In this document: positions 34,901 through 43,900 of the stretch, in pieces
Numbering within the stretch: the first letter of the stretch is position 1
Layout of the letters: every line of letters starts with the position of its first letter
DNA from: Phoronis australis
Taxonomy: Eukaryota; Animalia; Phoronida
DNA length: 64,000 nucleotides
Assembly: GCA_002633005.1 (NCBI GenBank)
Contig: NMRA01000243.1
Location: 264,280 to 328,279 of the forward strand
Reading direction: 5' to 3'
The notes under the pieces: model-generated
The model's database searches: none
Seen by the model: only the letters and a program-made list of their open reading frames with translations
What the model was told of the DNA's origin: nothing
Position numbers and translations under genes: made by a program

Positions 34901-36800
34901 TGCGAAGAAAAATCTACCTCAAATTATGTGCTCTCATTGAGAATACACGGCAATATCTCGCGATATTTTGCTTTTCTAGCGAGACAATAGCGTTACTGAA
35001 CTCTACCAATAGTCCATTCCGGACTTACTCGTGATTCATTCGTAAGCCTGACGCTAAGTAACATAGCAACTGAGGTTGTTCTACCAAAGAGGAAGAGAAG
35101 TGGACACCTCACAACCATCCCTTACTTTCACATTGATTCCCCTCTGTAACTCTTACAGCTTTTGTAAAAACATTTCTCATATACTGCACTGGTGTTAGGG
35201 GTTCGAATTAAATGGTAGCACTGACGCAAACCATGTCTTACAGACTGTACTTTAGTGCTTATAGGATTTTTCTATTTAGTCTAAGAAGTTGTTAGAATAG
35301 GATTAGTTGACTTTGTCAAAATGATAACATAAAAAAACAAACAAACGGTGTTTTATGCATTCTCTATAACCGGGCTTTTTACAATATGAAAATGAACGAC
35401 GAAACAGGGTAGTCAGCTCTGTTAGCTTCCATAACTAATCATTGTCAGAAAACTAATAATGCTTTAGATGGCACCAAGCTGGCTTTTGTTCTGTACTGAC
35501 GCATAATTGTTGGCTAGTTTTTTCCGCGCTTGACCAAAGCCATACTGCGTGCGTAGTGTGTGCGATCTCTTGCGCACATCTCACAGCACATGTCCTTGCT
35601 GATACTCTTAATATGGCTACTGGCAAGGTTAGCGAATTGCTTGAAGCTGATTCTACCATTATTGGGCTGTGTTTGGGGAGGCAGTGTCGTATGCGGCAAG
35701 CATCATATTCGCCGTCGAACCAGGATGTTGACAGCTTCTGTTCTCATTCGAATTTTCAATTGTCTTGTATATTTCATGCCGTTCTGAGGCTTTGTGTTGT
35801 TTACTAGTTGGCCTTATTCGTTGTTTGACAGAAATTTGCATGGTGCGGCTATCTTTGACAAGTTCAAACATTCTATGCTTTACAGGGACAACTCTGACGC
35901 CTTGCCGGAATCTTCAACTTGTTCCAACACACTGTTTCTTCCCAATTACTCCAGGTGGGTAAATTTACTCTTCCTAAAAACGGGGATACCAGGGGTGCGT
36001 TCCGTACAACTAAGGCACTCCCCAAGCACTTGGTTTGAAAAATCTTCGTTTCATAAGCGTTACATAAAATAATGTTGTGTATTGTCGAGAGCTGGAAAGA
36101 CTAACACCTGTGTAAATTCATGCCGACCGACGTGTCCAGGTATTTGCACAAGATCGGTATAACCTTCTTAGGAACAGCTAGAAGTCACCTGTGTAATGAA
36201 TTTTGTGAGGCTGGGGTCGTAATACAGATGGGTGCGATCGTCTTGCCAACAAAATGCTATGTGACTTTTTACCTCGGTAACCGTTAACGATTGTTCGCTG
36301 TAGTGAACTAGAAACTGCTTAAATAGAAGTTGGGGCAGTGCAAATGAAGGGTGTTTGTTCTGTACTGCTTTTGAAATGATGTAAATCCCCCTTGAATTTG
36401 AAAGTGTCCGGAAATACGCGCTAGTTGCTGCTGAGTTGTTTAGCCATGCCGATACAAAATAAAATGGGACTTAGGGAAAGCAATTATGTCCATTCGTAGG
36501 GTTAGGATAGAATCCCAACTCTACTGGGCGCTTATGTTTTTTATTTAACGCTCTATCTCTAAAAATCATTCACTCAAAAAGATTCGCTTGGCAACGGGCG
36601 CCGGGCCATGCCAGTTTGTACATCCTCTTAAACATTAGATCCGTTGCAGGATAATTGGCGGACTTTCCTGTCGTTTTCTATACTTTAAGTATGTACCGGT
36701 TTCGTCTTATTTCAGTCCTAAAGTGGCCGAAGAAAAGCTTCGCTACGCCGCTTACAACTGTGTAGCCATCGACACTGACATGAATCCGTGGGACGAATAG
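7916..36800 (+). CDS. HECTD3: E3 ubiquitin ligase HECTD3 (DOC/APC10 + HECT domains), 17 coding exons, 840 aa
   Basis: Exons 7916-8194, 10247-10431, 11735-11963, 13619-13734, 14338-14451, 15048-15136 (GC donor), 15629-15876, 17104-17180, 18233-18394, 21923-22091, 22690-22812, 23382-23471, 24745-24948, 32333-32462, 34196-34349, 35886-35954, 36716-36800. Phases all join (2523 nt). Motifs [59 protein letters not shown] (catalytic Cys), [20 protein letters not shown]. Confidence 0.96.
8820..9030 (+). mobile_element. Interspersed repeat fragment homologous to 28850-29070
   Basis: Shared blocks GCCGGAA.CTTTT..CGAATTATG, TACCTTTTGC, CTCGAACAA, TTCGAGCAGTCC. Confidence 0.65.
9265..9458. mobile_element. 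MITE, family A, with perfect 5-bp TSD
   Basis: CATACGCACACCCAG...CTGGGTGCGCCCATG flanked by CACTC on both sides. Confidence 0.85.
10560..10960 (+). mobile_element. Old interspersed repeat fragment
   Basis: Similar to 46250-46440 and 61360-61715 (GCTGTTACAGTTTT, ATGCAACTTT.GATTTT.CAT, TCATGCAAA.GTGGAA). Confidence 0.6.
10977..11100 (+). mobile_element. MITE, family B (CAGGGGCGGATCCAGG), partial
   Basis: Shares TTAGCCAGGATTTTG.CCGTCAGACATTC with 52989-53174 and 44697-44830 (-). Confidence 0.75.
12085..13005 (+). mobile_element. Helentron/DINE-like non-autonomous element with decayed ~140-150-bp core repeats
   Basis: Start TATGTGCCCA similar to the 33036 and 59852 copies. Repeated CCTAGTGGC.ATTTT and TGAAATTT units. 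GGGCATAT near the end. Confidence 0.6.
15157..15257. mobile_element. 101-bp hairpin MITE with 8-bp TSD, Merlin-like
   Basis: GGTAATAGTCAC..GGGGTCCCG.ATTTTG / CAAAATCCGGGACCCCTGTGACTATTGCC TIRs. Perfect TSD CAAAGTTG at 15149-15156 and 15258-15265. Related remnant at ~56500-56582. Confidence 0.85.
18889..21259 (+). repeat. HECTD3: Second (allelic) copy of HECTD3 exons 7-9 region (duplicate of 15667-18480); probable uncollapsed haplotype
   Basis: Begins right after the N at 18888, in mid-exon 7. Duplicate exons 18889-19098, 20302-20378, 21018-21179. The coding differences seen are all synonymous. Confidence 0.88.
22821..22896. repeat. Near-perfect 76-bp palindrome
   Basis: ACAGATTTTATAAAGTTTTGGTCTAGCTATTCATTTT-tt-AAAATGAATAGCTAGAACAAAACTTTATAAAATATGT; 35/37 arm match. 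Confidence 0.9.
24588..24735. repeat. Degenerate (ATT)n microsatellite upstream of HECTD3 exon 13
   Basis: Runs of TTA/ATT; explains the poly-L/I prefix of ORF 24589..24975. Confidence 0.85.
26833..28002 (-). CDS. GT31 beta-1,3-galactosyltransferase-like protein, 389 aa, nested antisense in HECTD3 intron 13
   Basis: GT31 motifs [26 protein letters not shown]...[38 protein letters not shown]. Uninterrupted ORF inside intron 24949-32332. Confidence 0.92.
   Translation of the reverse strand: MGLVSSKTLIYIIHLVYFPESTLTSGGLLLPKYRTVNSTERHEDSAVPKKFYQAQYNCNPHPYNFTVIPSQTCLNKEVYMLILVRSATDHFERRKAIRETWGDGSIFEGLYMPVRFVIGKSDSDRLKEEISQYGDIIQENFIDTYKTLFLKDVTAYRWVFEYCPHAVYVMMTSDEVLVDMFKIIHYLGEQRYRQNMNSFSFCYYYPCCTKVYRLGAKYSVSEKDYPGNAYPAYCSGTLYIMPGKAIKQLYLMSFDTPPFMPDDAWIGVMAEKLDIKFTDTSECFVGLRRIPTVEAAVRSWDYATSPVMVAVLDYDFPGKEDTMMRTLWSDMVIAHSNQYSTFWNSSVLLFVALALIVLLAVTGNLRKCLFKTLRVISIFRSIISKRPRY
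28130..28367 (+). mobile_element. tRNA-derived SINE
   Basis: A box TGGCTTAGTGG (28140-28150), B-box-like GGGTTGGAGTC (28183-28193). Body shared with the inverted copy at 31262-31443. Confidence 0.8.
28797..29532. mobile_element. Gap-containing insertion bounded by a 44-bp direct repeat
   Basis: Left part homologous to 8820-9030. Flanks 28753-28796 and 29533-29576 are 43/44 identical. Confidence 0.55.
29790..29845. promoter_or_regulatory. Intronic promoter-like motif cluster (likely promoter of the nested GT31 gene)
   Basis: ETS ACTTCCGG 29794-29801, NRF1-like TGCGCAGGTGC 29809-29819, ZNF143/ACTACA-like CTACAACTCCC 29819-29829, YY1 AAGATGGCG 29832-29840. Minus-strand donor CAG|GTAGG near 29585. 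Confidence 0.55.
31262..31443 (-). mobile_element. 5'-truncated copy of the tRNA-derived SINE
   Basis: Reverse complement shares TTGAG.CAGGTCTCTAGCTCCTCAGCTCGGTTTTAAC..AATAAAGCATAAAAAT..GGCCTGCGCACGTCTGGTA with 28130-28367. Confidence 0.85.
33036..33410 (+). mobile_element. Helentron/DINE-like element, short copy
   Basis: Same 5' end TTTTTATGCGCCCAC.TATTTATATGT as 59852 and the same core unit CCCTAGTGGCAATTTTAGTTTTTTACG. Confidence 0.8.
34738..35001. mobile_element. MITE with GTTCAGTA/TACTGAAC ends
   Basis: Terminal inverted repeats. Shares AATACACGGCAATATCTCGCG with 51511-51651. Confidence 0.7.
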
Positions 36801-36952
36801 TCTTCAGTCCACAGCCACTTCGCAGTTTCGTTACTAGGAGTAACAACGACCTTTCGACTGTAGTCTGGGGTTTCAGAGCTGTTGAAGTTAATTCATTGTA
36901 AATGTAATCGTGCATCAGATTTATGAAGTAACCTTTTGATGAAGAACCAGTG

Positions 36953-37219
36953 CATTCGCGCACCCAGGGGGGTAGGGGCTCGTCGGGGGCTCGAAGGAGC
37001 CCCTTCTTTGGCAAAGTGGGCATAAAGGTCTGCCTCTGAGATACTAAAACTCCGATAAAAGTAGAAAACGAAACAAAAGTCTAGTGAAAAGGCAGGAACT
37101 ACTTAAATTCGGCGAATGCACAATTTACAGCTGTGAACGTGCCCCGTTTCTTTTTTTAGTAAAAGGTCCACATTCTCAAAAATGCAAGCCCACCACTTTT
37201 TAGGCTGGGTACGCGCATG
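36953..37219. mobile_element. MITE, family A, in the probable HECTD3 3' UTR
   Basis: CATTCGCGCACCCAG...CTGGGTACGCGCATG TIRs. Interior is the reverse complement of the 2788/9265 copies. Confidence 0.8.
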
Positions 37220-37970
37220 CAAGGTGATTTAAACATTGCACACTACCCAGTTACTTCCGTTCTATTAAGATCACCAGCTTGTAAGCATGTCCAAAGGCTA
37301 ATGCGATTTTATTAGGAAGAAATGAACTACCGGTACTCCAAGCTCCATTCAATAGTCAGAACATTTGTGGCTGCTGAGTTTGCTTTAATTGTTGCTCCCT
37401 ATGAGTTGAATTCGTCCGTAAGCAGCGATCTTCTGTATACCTGTATGAGTTGTTCAATAATAATGGTCCTTCTCCACGTGTCATGTACGTTATTGTTGTC
37501 GGTTCAAAGTTTTTGCAAATATGATCAAGAGAGTTTCCACTGTGCTGGAGGTTGGGTCTTGTGGTCCTAACATCAGCAAGCTGACGCCACGAAGGAAGTC
37601 ACTACTCACGAGCTCCAGTCTTGCAAATAACTAGAGTTTGTACATTAAGTGTGACGTGTGTTTATCTCAACTGGAGACTTACGCCTTTAATCGGAAACCA
37701 GCATTGTTATTATTCCCCATCTCGCACCTTCTTACTATCGAAGTATGGCGTACTCAATGGCTGCACTTGATTGACATCGTCGATTTGGCCGGGTCAGTCG
37801 GCTAAGACAACCTGATTGGTTCTTGATGACGACTTTCGACTTAGAGATGTCTTATCCGATGGAACCGGCGAAGTCAATCAAATGTAGCCATTGTTCCCTC
37901 AGCCGTTTTCTCAAGCACATTGTGTAGTACCTACGCGTGCCTCACGATAAACGATTCTGCTGAAGTTGGT

Positions 37971-40900
37971 TCATGTAGTAAACACCCCATGTCCATGATT
38001 CGGGTTATTGGGGTCGTGGAACTCGTACGCCTCCAACCAAATGTCTGCCAGTAGGACTGAGGAGTGAAAGCGGTAAAAGATCGTCATGGGACTGAACACG
38101 TGTGCGATGATCACCCAAGCCTCGCGCCCGTAGAATTCCGTGAACTTCGATTTGCCGTGGGTTTTCACGCCGAACGTCATGACTATCCATATACTTACGT
38201 TGCAGACAAGGATGAACATAATGATGAAACGGCCCGGTTTCACGGTTGCTAAATGCACGTTATGAACGCGTCTCTTGAGGCTGTCGAGTATGAAGGCTGT
38301 TTGAAGCGTGCTTTGGAACAACGACATGACCGACTTCGCGAGCGGCAGGGCGTATATGTGCTGGCTGGTAAGACCATTAACGGACGCTATGAACACAAGT
38401 GTCTGGAAGGCATAGTTCCCTGACAATGTGACGACCAGCAGCAGAATGTCAAGGAATCCGTGGTGAATATCGATCACGGACGACAGCTTCTGCATCGTGT
38501 TTAACCCCGCAATGGTTGCCACGATGCAGACGCCTAGTAGAATCTGCTGAGTAAGCGAATAAATGGTGTCCGACCCTTCGGAGCCCTGGTTAATCACTGC
38601 GGCGATGACGGCTATGATTGTGGCCACCAGAGGCAAAGCGCAGGCGAGAGCGCCCCTGTCGCTCTGTGGACACAGCGAGTCTTCCATGTATTTTTTCAGG
38701 TTGAGTTTTGTCTCGGAGCTCATAGAGTCGTGTATGTCAATGCCGGACTTTTTCTTTGCCAAATAGGCCGAGTGCGTCTGCCTTCCTATGTTGCAGTAGA
38801 TGGAATAGGAAACTACAGCGCCGCACATGCTGTATTCAATCATGCAGGGTGTCAAATAAGGCGATAGGGCGTTCACCAGGTCCAGTTCGCCCCCATGACC
38901 TAAAAAAACAATGGAGCCTCGAGAGAGGTCGCTGGAGGGAGGCAGAGGAAGGAGATTGTTGGTTAGTTCATTTAAAAGGATACCAAACTCGTTTTTGGCC
39001 TATTAACAGATATTATAAGGCGATTTCCCGTCCAATTCAATGAAACGAAATTATATAATGCCCTGTAACCCTCGACAACCCTCAAAAGTTTGGAGGAAAA
39101 TTTGATAGTCAGTTCAGTAAACGGGCAAGCGTGACGTAGGCTTTTAGCGAATTACACTACAACTGTGGGGAAAGACCACCCACCATGAACCATGATATTC
39201 AATCTGTATCGCACGGAATATTGGTTGATTCCCGCTTTTATCTTTCAAGATTGACACCAACGGTGCATAAGCCAGTGGCGGATCTAGGATATCACAAGGG
39301 GGGGCCCAACTTTTTGTCCGGCTGTAAGCATTTGCGCAAACTGAACCACGATTGTAGATGCGCAAAGAACCGAATGGGGGGNNNNNNNNATCACTCAGAA
39401 ACTCGCAATACTCTCTTTGTCAAACCTTATCTTAAGACGATTTCCAAAGCAATCCCGTCATTATTGCCAACACGAAAAACGGATTTGGTCTTTTGGGCAT
39501 TTGAAGACTATTTTAAATACGATAAATTTGTTAAGAATTGATGGCACAAAATATAAAACGTATAGCATTGCGAAAAGAAGTAGGTTTCGCGCGCAAACGC
39601 TGTGGACCATAAACAAGTAGGTCTTTTAGTATGAGAATAGTAGTTAAATCGTGGTGGTGTAGTGGTAACGCACGCGCTCTCCAGTCGCCAGGTCGTGAGT
39701 TCGAGACTTTCGTACGTTCAGTTTTTCCTGTTTGACACGTTCTCCGTGTTTTTTTTTTGTTTTCTTTTTTCCTTTTTTTCTTGGATAATACTTCAGGAAT
39801 CAAGGAAAATACTTGATTTTTAGAGGTAAAAACAGAAAAATTTCCTGAGCGGGAGGGGGGCAAACCCCCCTCCAAACCTCCCCCCATTCGGTGCTATGCG
39901 CATCTACAATCGTGGTTCGGTTTGCGCAAATGCTTACAGCCGGACAAAATGTTGGGCCCCCCCTTGTGATATCCTAGATCCGCCACTGCGTAAACACGTA
40001 TCGTCACAATTAGTTTAATGGACACATCACTGAAGGTGTTTATTGGTGGTCATTGATGATGATAACATTGTTAGTTTACTTAAAATCTATACCTGCTGAC
40101 ATGGCAGAAACCAAGTGTTCCGCCTCTCCACCTGACGTGGCATTTGTACCCAAGGACGAGTACTTATAGTCTTCCTCCGTCTCGTGCACCATCGTCGTCA
40201 GCCACATGAATAGGTTAGTGGCTATCAGGTGTGAGAACCCTGCTTTGATAAATGCCTGGTTTTCACGGATCACCGCCTGTGGAAGTAGAGAGAAACGCCA
40301 GTGCGCAGCATATCTTTTGTGGGAGACTTCATGCAGTGCTAAGTAATCGGTAGTCTACTTCCGACACTCACGGCAAATCACACAGCCTGGATCTAAGCTA
40401 TGTTCACACGGCTATTGTTGCCCAAGCGTAAGTTACTCTTGGAACAAGCTGATCGGGCGCAAGTTTGTACAGAAATTAACTTGGCGTAAGTTGGCATAGT
40501 CGTGTGACAACTAAGCCCACTTTTAGCGGTGAAATGGTGAATGTATTTCTTGTCGCCAGATGACGATAAGTTAGTTGGTGCCGACGGACAGCATTCTGCA
40601 TTCTCGTATTTAATGCATTGGTATGTGTCTTTGCAGTCATCACATGCCGTTAAAATTGTCACTGTTGTACTGTACGATGATGATTGTCGCAAAAATATTC
40701 AATGTCTAGAAATTGCGTTTCGTCTCTGTCAACTCTTCTCACCTTGCTCTCTAGAATTGACCAATCGCCAGGACTTTGAGTGACGTCTTAGAACGAATCA
40801 TTCTTGACACACCTTTGTTTCCAAGCCGTCATTTTACCCGACAAACAGCCCGTTGCCGAGTAAAACTTACTGTTTTTTAGTCGACATTACACAAGGGGGC

Positions 40901-43900
40901 GGAGCTTGCGATAGGTCAATTAGAAATTTGACCGAGCCAAAGACGCTTTGGTCCCTCATGGTGCTGAAGAGTTTTGTTCAGAGAGTTTCCTTTTAAAACT
41001 GCATTTCGTCAGTATTTGACAGCCAAAACAGGGAAAATTCAACCAAGCCGCTGTAAGCTCATGAAATCGGTCTCGTAGTATTCCTTTCCGTGACTGGATT
41101 GGATTCCCGTTGCCAAAACCATACAGAACCTCGGGTAGAAGTTTTACTTTAGAGCCTATTGGAGTTCCTGCTATTGCAATTTCGAGAATGGAGGATGCAC
41201 GCGTTGGCTGCGACTTGTAGTTGTCGGTTCGGCAACAATTGATCCGGTGAGTGTGGCAATGGAGTTTCAAATGGCTCTGAAGCCCTCCAGTTGGGAGTTC
41301 AACAGTTACAGCTTCGTAGGGGCGAAATCCTCATTTAAAGCGGTATTAAAGATGCTATGTCTCATTAAAACCGTGAATATTTAAATTTCTAGAAAGCGCC
41401 ACCTATTGACTTCCTGGACTGAGAACTGTGTGTACAAGTATAATCAGGGAAATAAACAATTTGTAAATAAATTGCGGATTTAATGAAAACGGCACAACTG
41501 ATACAATTAAAAAAGTGTGAATATACAAAAAACCTAGGAATTCCAAATATCACGCAATCGTAATTTGATAGTGAAATTAACATACTATAAAATCTGTGCC
41601 TTGTTTCACTAGCGTAACGATCAAATATTACCATATTCATTTACGTAAGAATTGTCTCGCAAAACCAGACTTTCGCGAGATTGTAATGATAACTGGTTCT
41701 CGGATGGTACCCGGCTCACTGGAGGACCCGGGGTTATTTGTAAACTAGTACTTCACTTGCATGTTCACAATTTAATGAGACTACGCATCTTTATACCGAT
41801 GCTTTCTGTTAAAAACTTTTGATTTAGCATGGGCGGCAGTGCTCCGCCGCCCATGGTCTATAAGCGGTGCACCACGGAGTAGCTTCCCCCCACTTTTTTC
41901 ACTGCTGCGCCGTCCATGTTTAGAGGACACTTACCGTTGTAAAGTTGGTGCATTATAATTATCTTGTTCAGTTAAGAATTGATCTTTGCGCTCAAGAAGA
42001 ACTGACCGTTCATAATTTCTTCATACCAAGGTCACCACGTGACCTGAAATTTTATAAGCTTCGACTAAAAAGAAAAAGATACAGCCTAAATCAAACTGCG
42101 TCCTGCACCCAAGACATTTGGCAGAACACCATGACAAAGAAGAGGGTGCCTTTCTCAACGTGGATCTTTTGGCAAGGGAGAAAACTTGGCTGCTATGAAA
42201 AATGCATGAAAAGATCACTTACGCGGTGGTAGCGGAAGATGAAGAGAGTGTGCAGAATAACGTACACAAACTGCACTACGCTAATCGTCGGCAGAAATAC
42301 CTGCTCGTAGGTCGGTTTCTTTATTTTGATGTATTGCGCTATGCGGATCACGTTGAACGACAGGGAGCCTAGAGCGAACACTGGAATAGAAGGATTGCAA
42401 AACGTTGTGATATCGACGAAACATGCAGAAAAACCTTCACGAGACAGCTACCCTAGCATTTGGGGTTTTGTTACCCCTACACCTGGGGGAGTCTAAGCTA
42501 GCTAGACTGCGACTAACCCCTCCTAATCGATTCACAAATTAATGCACGTGGCTTAGTCGCGATGCTGAAGAAAACCCATTTCTGTTATCGGCATCGATAT
42601 TGTGCGTAAGACTTCGAAATTTCGGGTTCGGGCGCGAATTTATAGCTTTGCCTAAGGGGTCTTCAAGTGCAAACTAGTATTCGGCAGTCATAACGTATAT
42701 TCCTAGTTCAAGTTATGGCCGCAAGGTGCTCACCCAGTGCTCCAGCCATTACATATCCAGTTATGCCTTCGATGTTACTATTGTAGTTGTTCTCATCGAG
42801 AGGAACTAACGCAGGTTCCGACGTCTTTTTTTGTAACGCTATGCTCGGCCTTGGCTGTAGAACGTTACTAGCGTTAATGTTGCCCATCGAGGGGCTGTGG
42901 GTTAGAATGCCCCCGTCCAGTTCTGTGTACTGTGTCTGAGGGAACATTCAAACTTACCAGTAAGAAAACATTCGAGCACGGAAATTTTCAGTCATTGCAA
43001 TGAATTGGTGCTGTTTGCATAAAATGGACGCTTTTCTCTTTCGAGTCATAGAAATTAGAATGCAGAGCCTTCTGTGTATGAACCTTTTTAGGATTTCGAT
43101 TTTTACTATTTTACTTGGCGAAATGACTCCGTCAAGTCTGTGCCCGGGATTTGTTCTGTGCTCGAGTACATTATAGTTTTTTGTGGATAACTGTCGTCCT
43201 GGTTTGCGCTTCACGACCCCAACGTTTATGCTGTAAGTTCTAGTCTGAACTCGAAATTTCTCGTGAAGAGAAAAACGGAACTTTTCTTGAGTTCGTACCA
43301 ATTAGAACGGAATATGTCAGAAATAACTCGAGTACAAAGATCAAACCCCAGGCCCATATGTTGTTCTGTCGTGAAAAATCCTTTTTTGTTTCTTCCTTTG
43401 ACGTCTTCTTTGAAATACGGTGGGGATCACATAACTTCACCAATTAATAAACATAAAATTTCCCACGTGACCAGAGTTCCCGCGACTCGTCACTGTCAAC
43501 ATCCCATCGAAGAGGACGAGAGGTCCCCAAAGATCTACGAAATCAAAAAGGTAATCCGGCAGACCAGTTTTAACTATTAATATCATTAAAATTTACACAC
43601 AACACGTAACTTTTAACAAAACCTCCGTAGCCTCTTGTATACAATTGGATGTAAAATGGCGTTGCCGAGACTATTTTGGCTTTTCGGAGATACAGCTCCA
43701 CTACACTTGTATAGCATTTTCATGGAACACGACATAAGTTTCTCGCAGCTACGCCCTGTCGTTCTCGAGTTATTCGATATTCAGAATGAATGGTCTTTTA
43801 TTGACTAACACTTTCTTGCCGCCTCATCGTGGGCCTGCAACACTATACGTGTCTTAAACAATGTCGTCATCATTCTATCCACGTACATTTTATGTACCAC

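Noticed and set aside
39648-39717. Functional tRNA gene
   Set aside because: Acceptor and anticodon stems pair poorly, and the second copy differs in the anticodon region.
42954-43540. Extra otopetrin exons (GTAAGT donor at 42957; acceptor near 43533)
   Set aside because: Translations are not otopetrin-like or are out of phase; the gene closes in frame without them.
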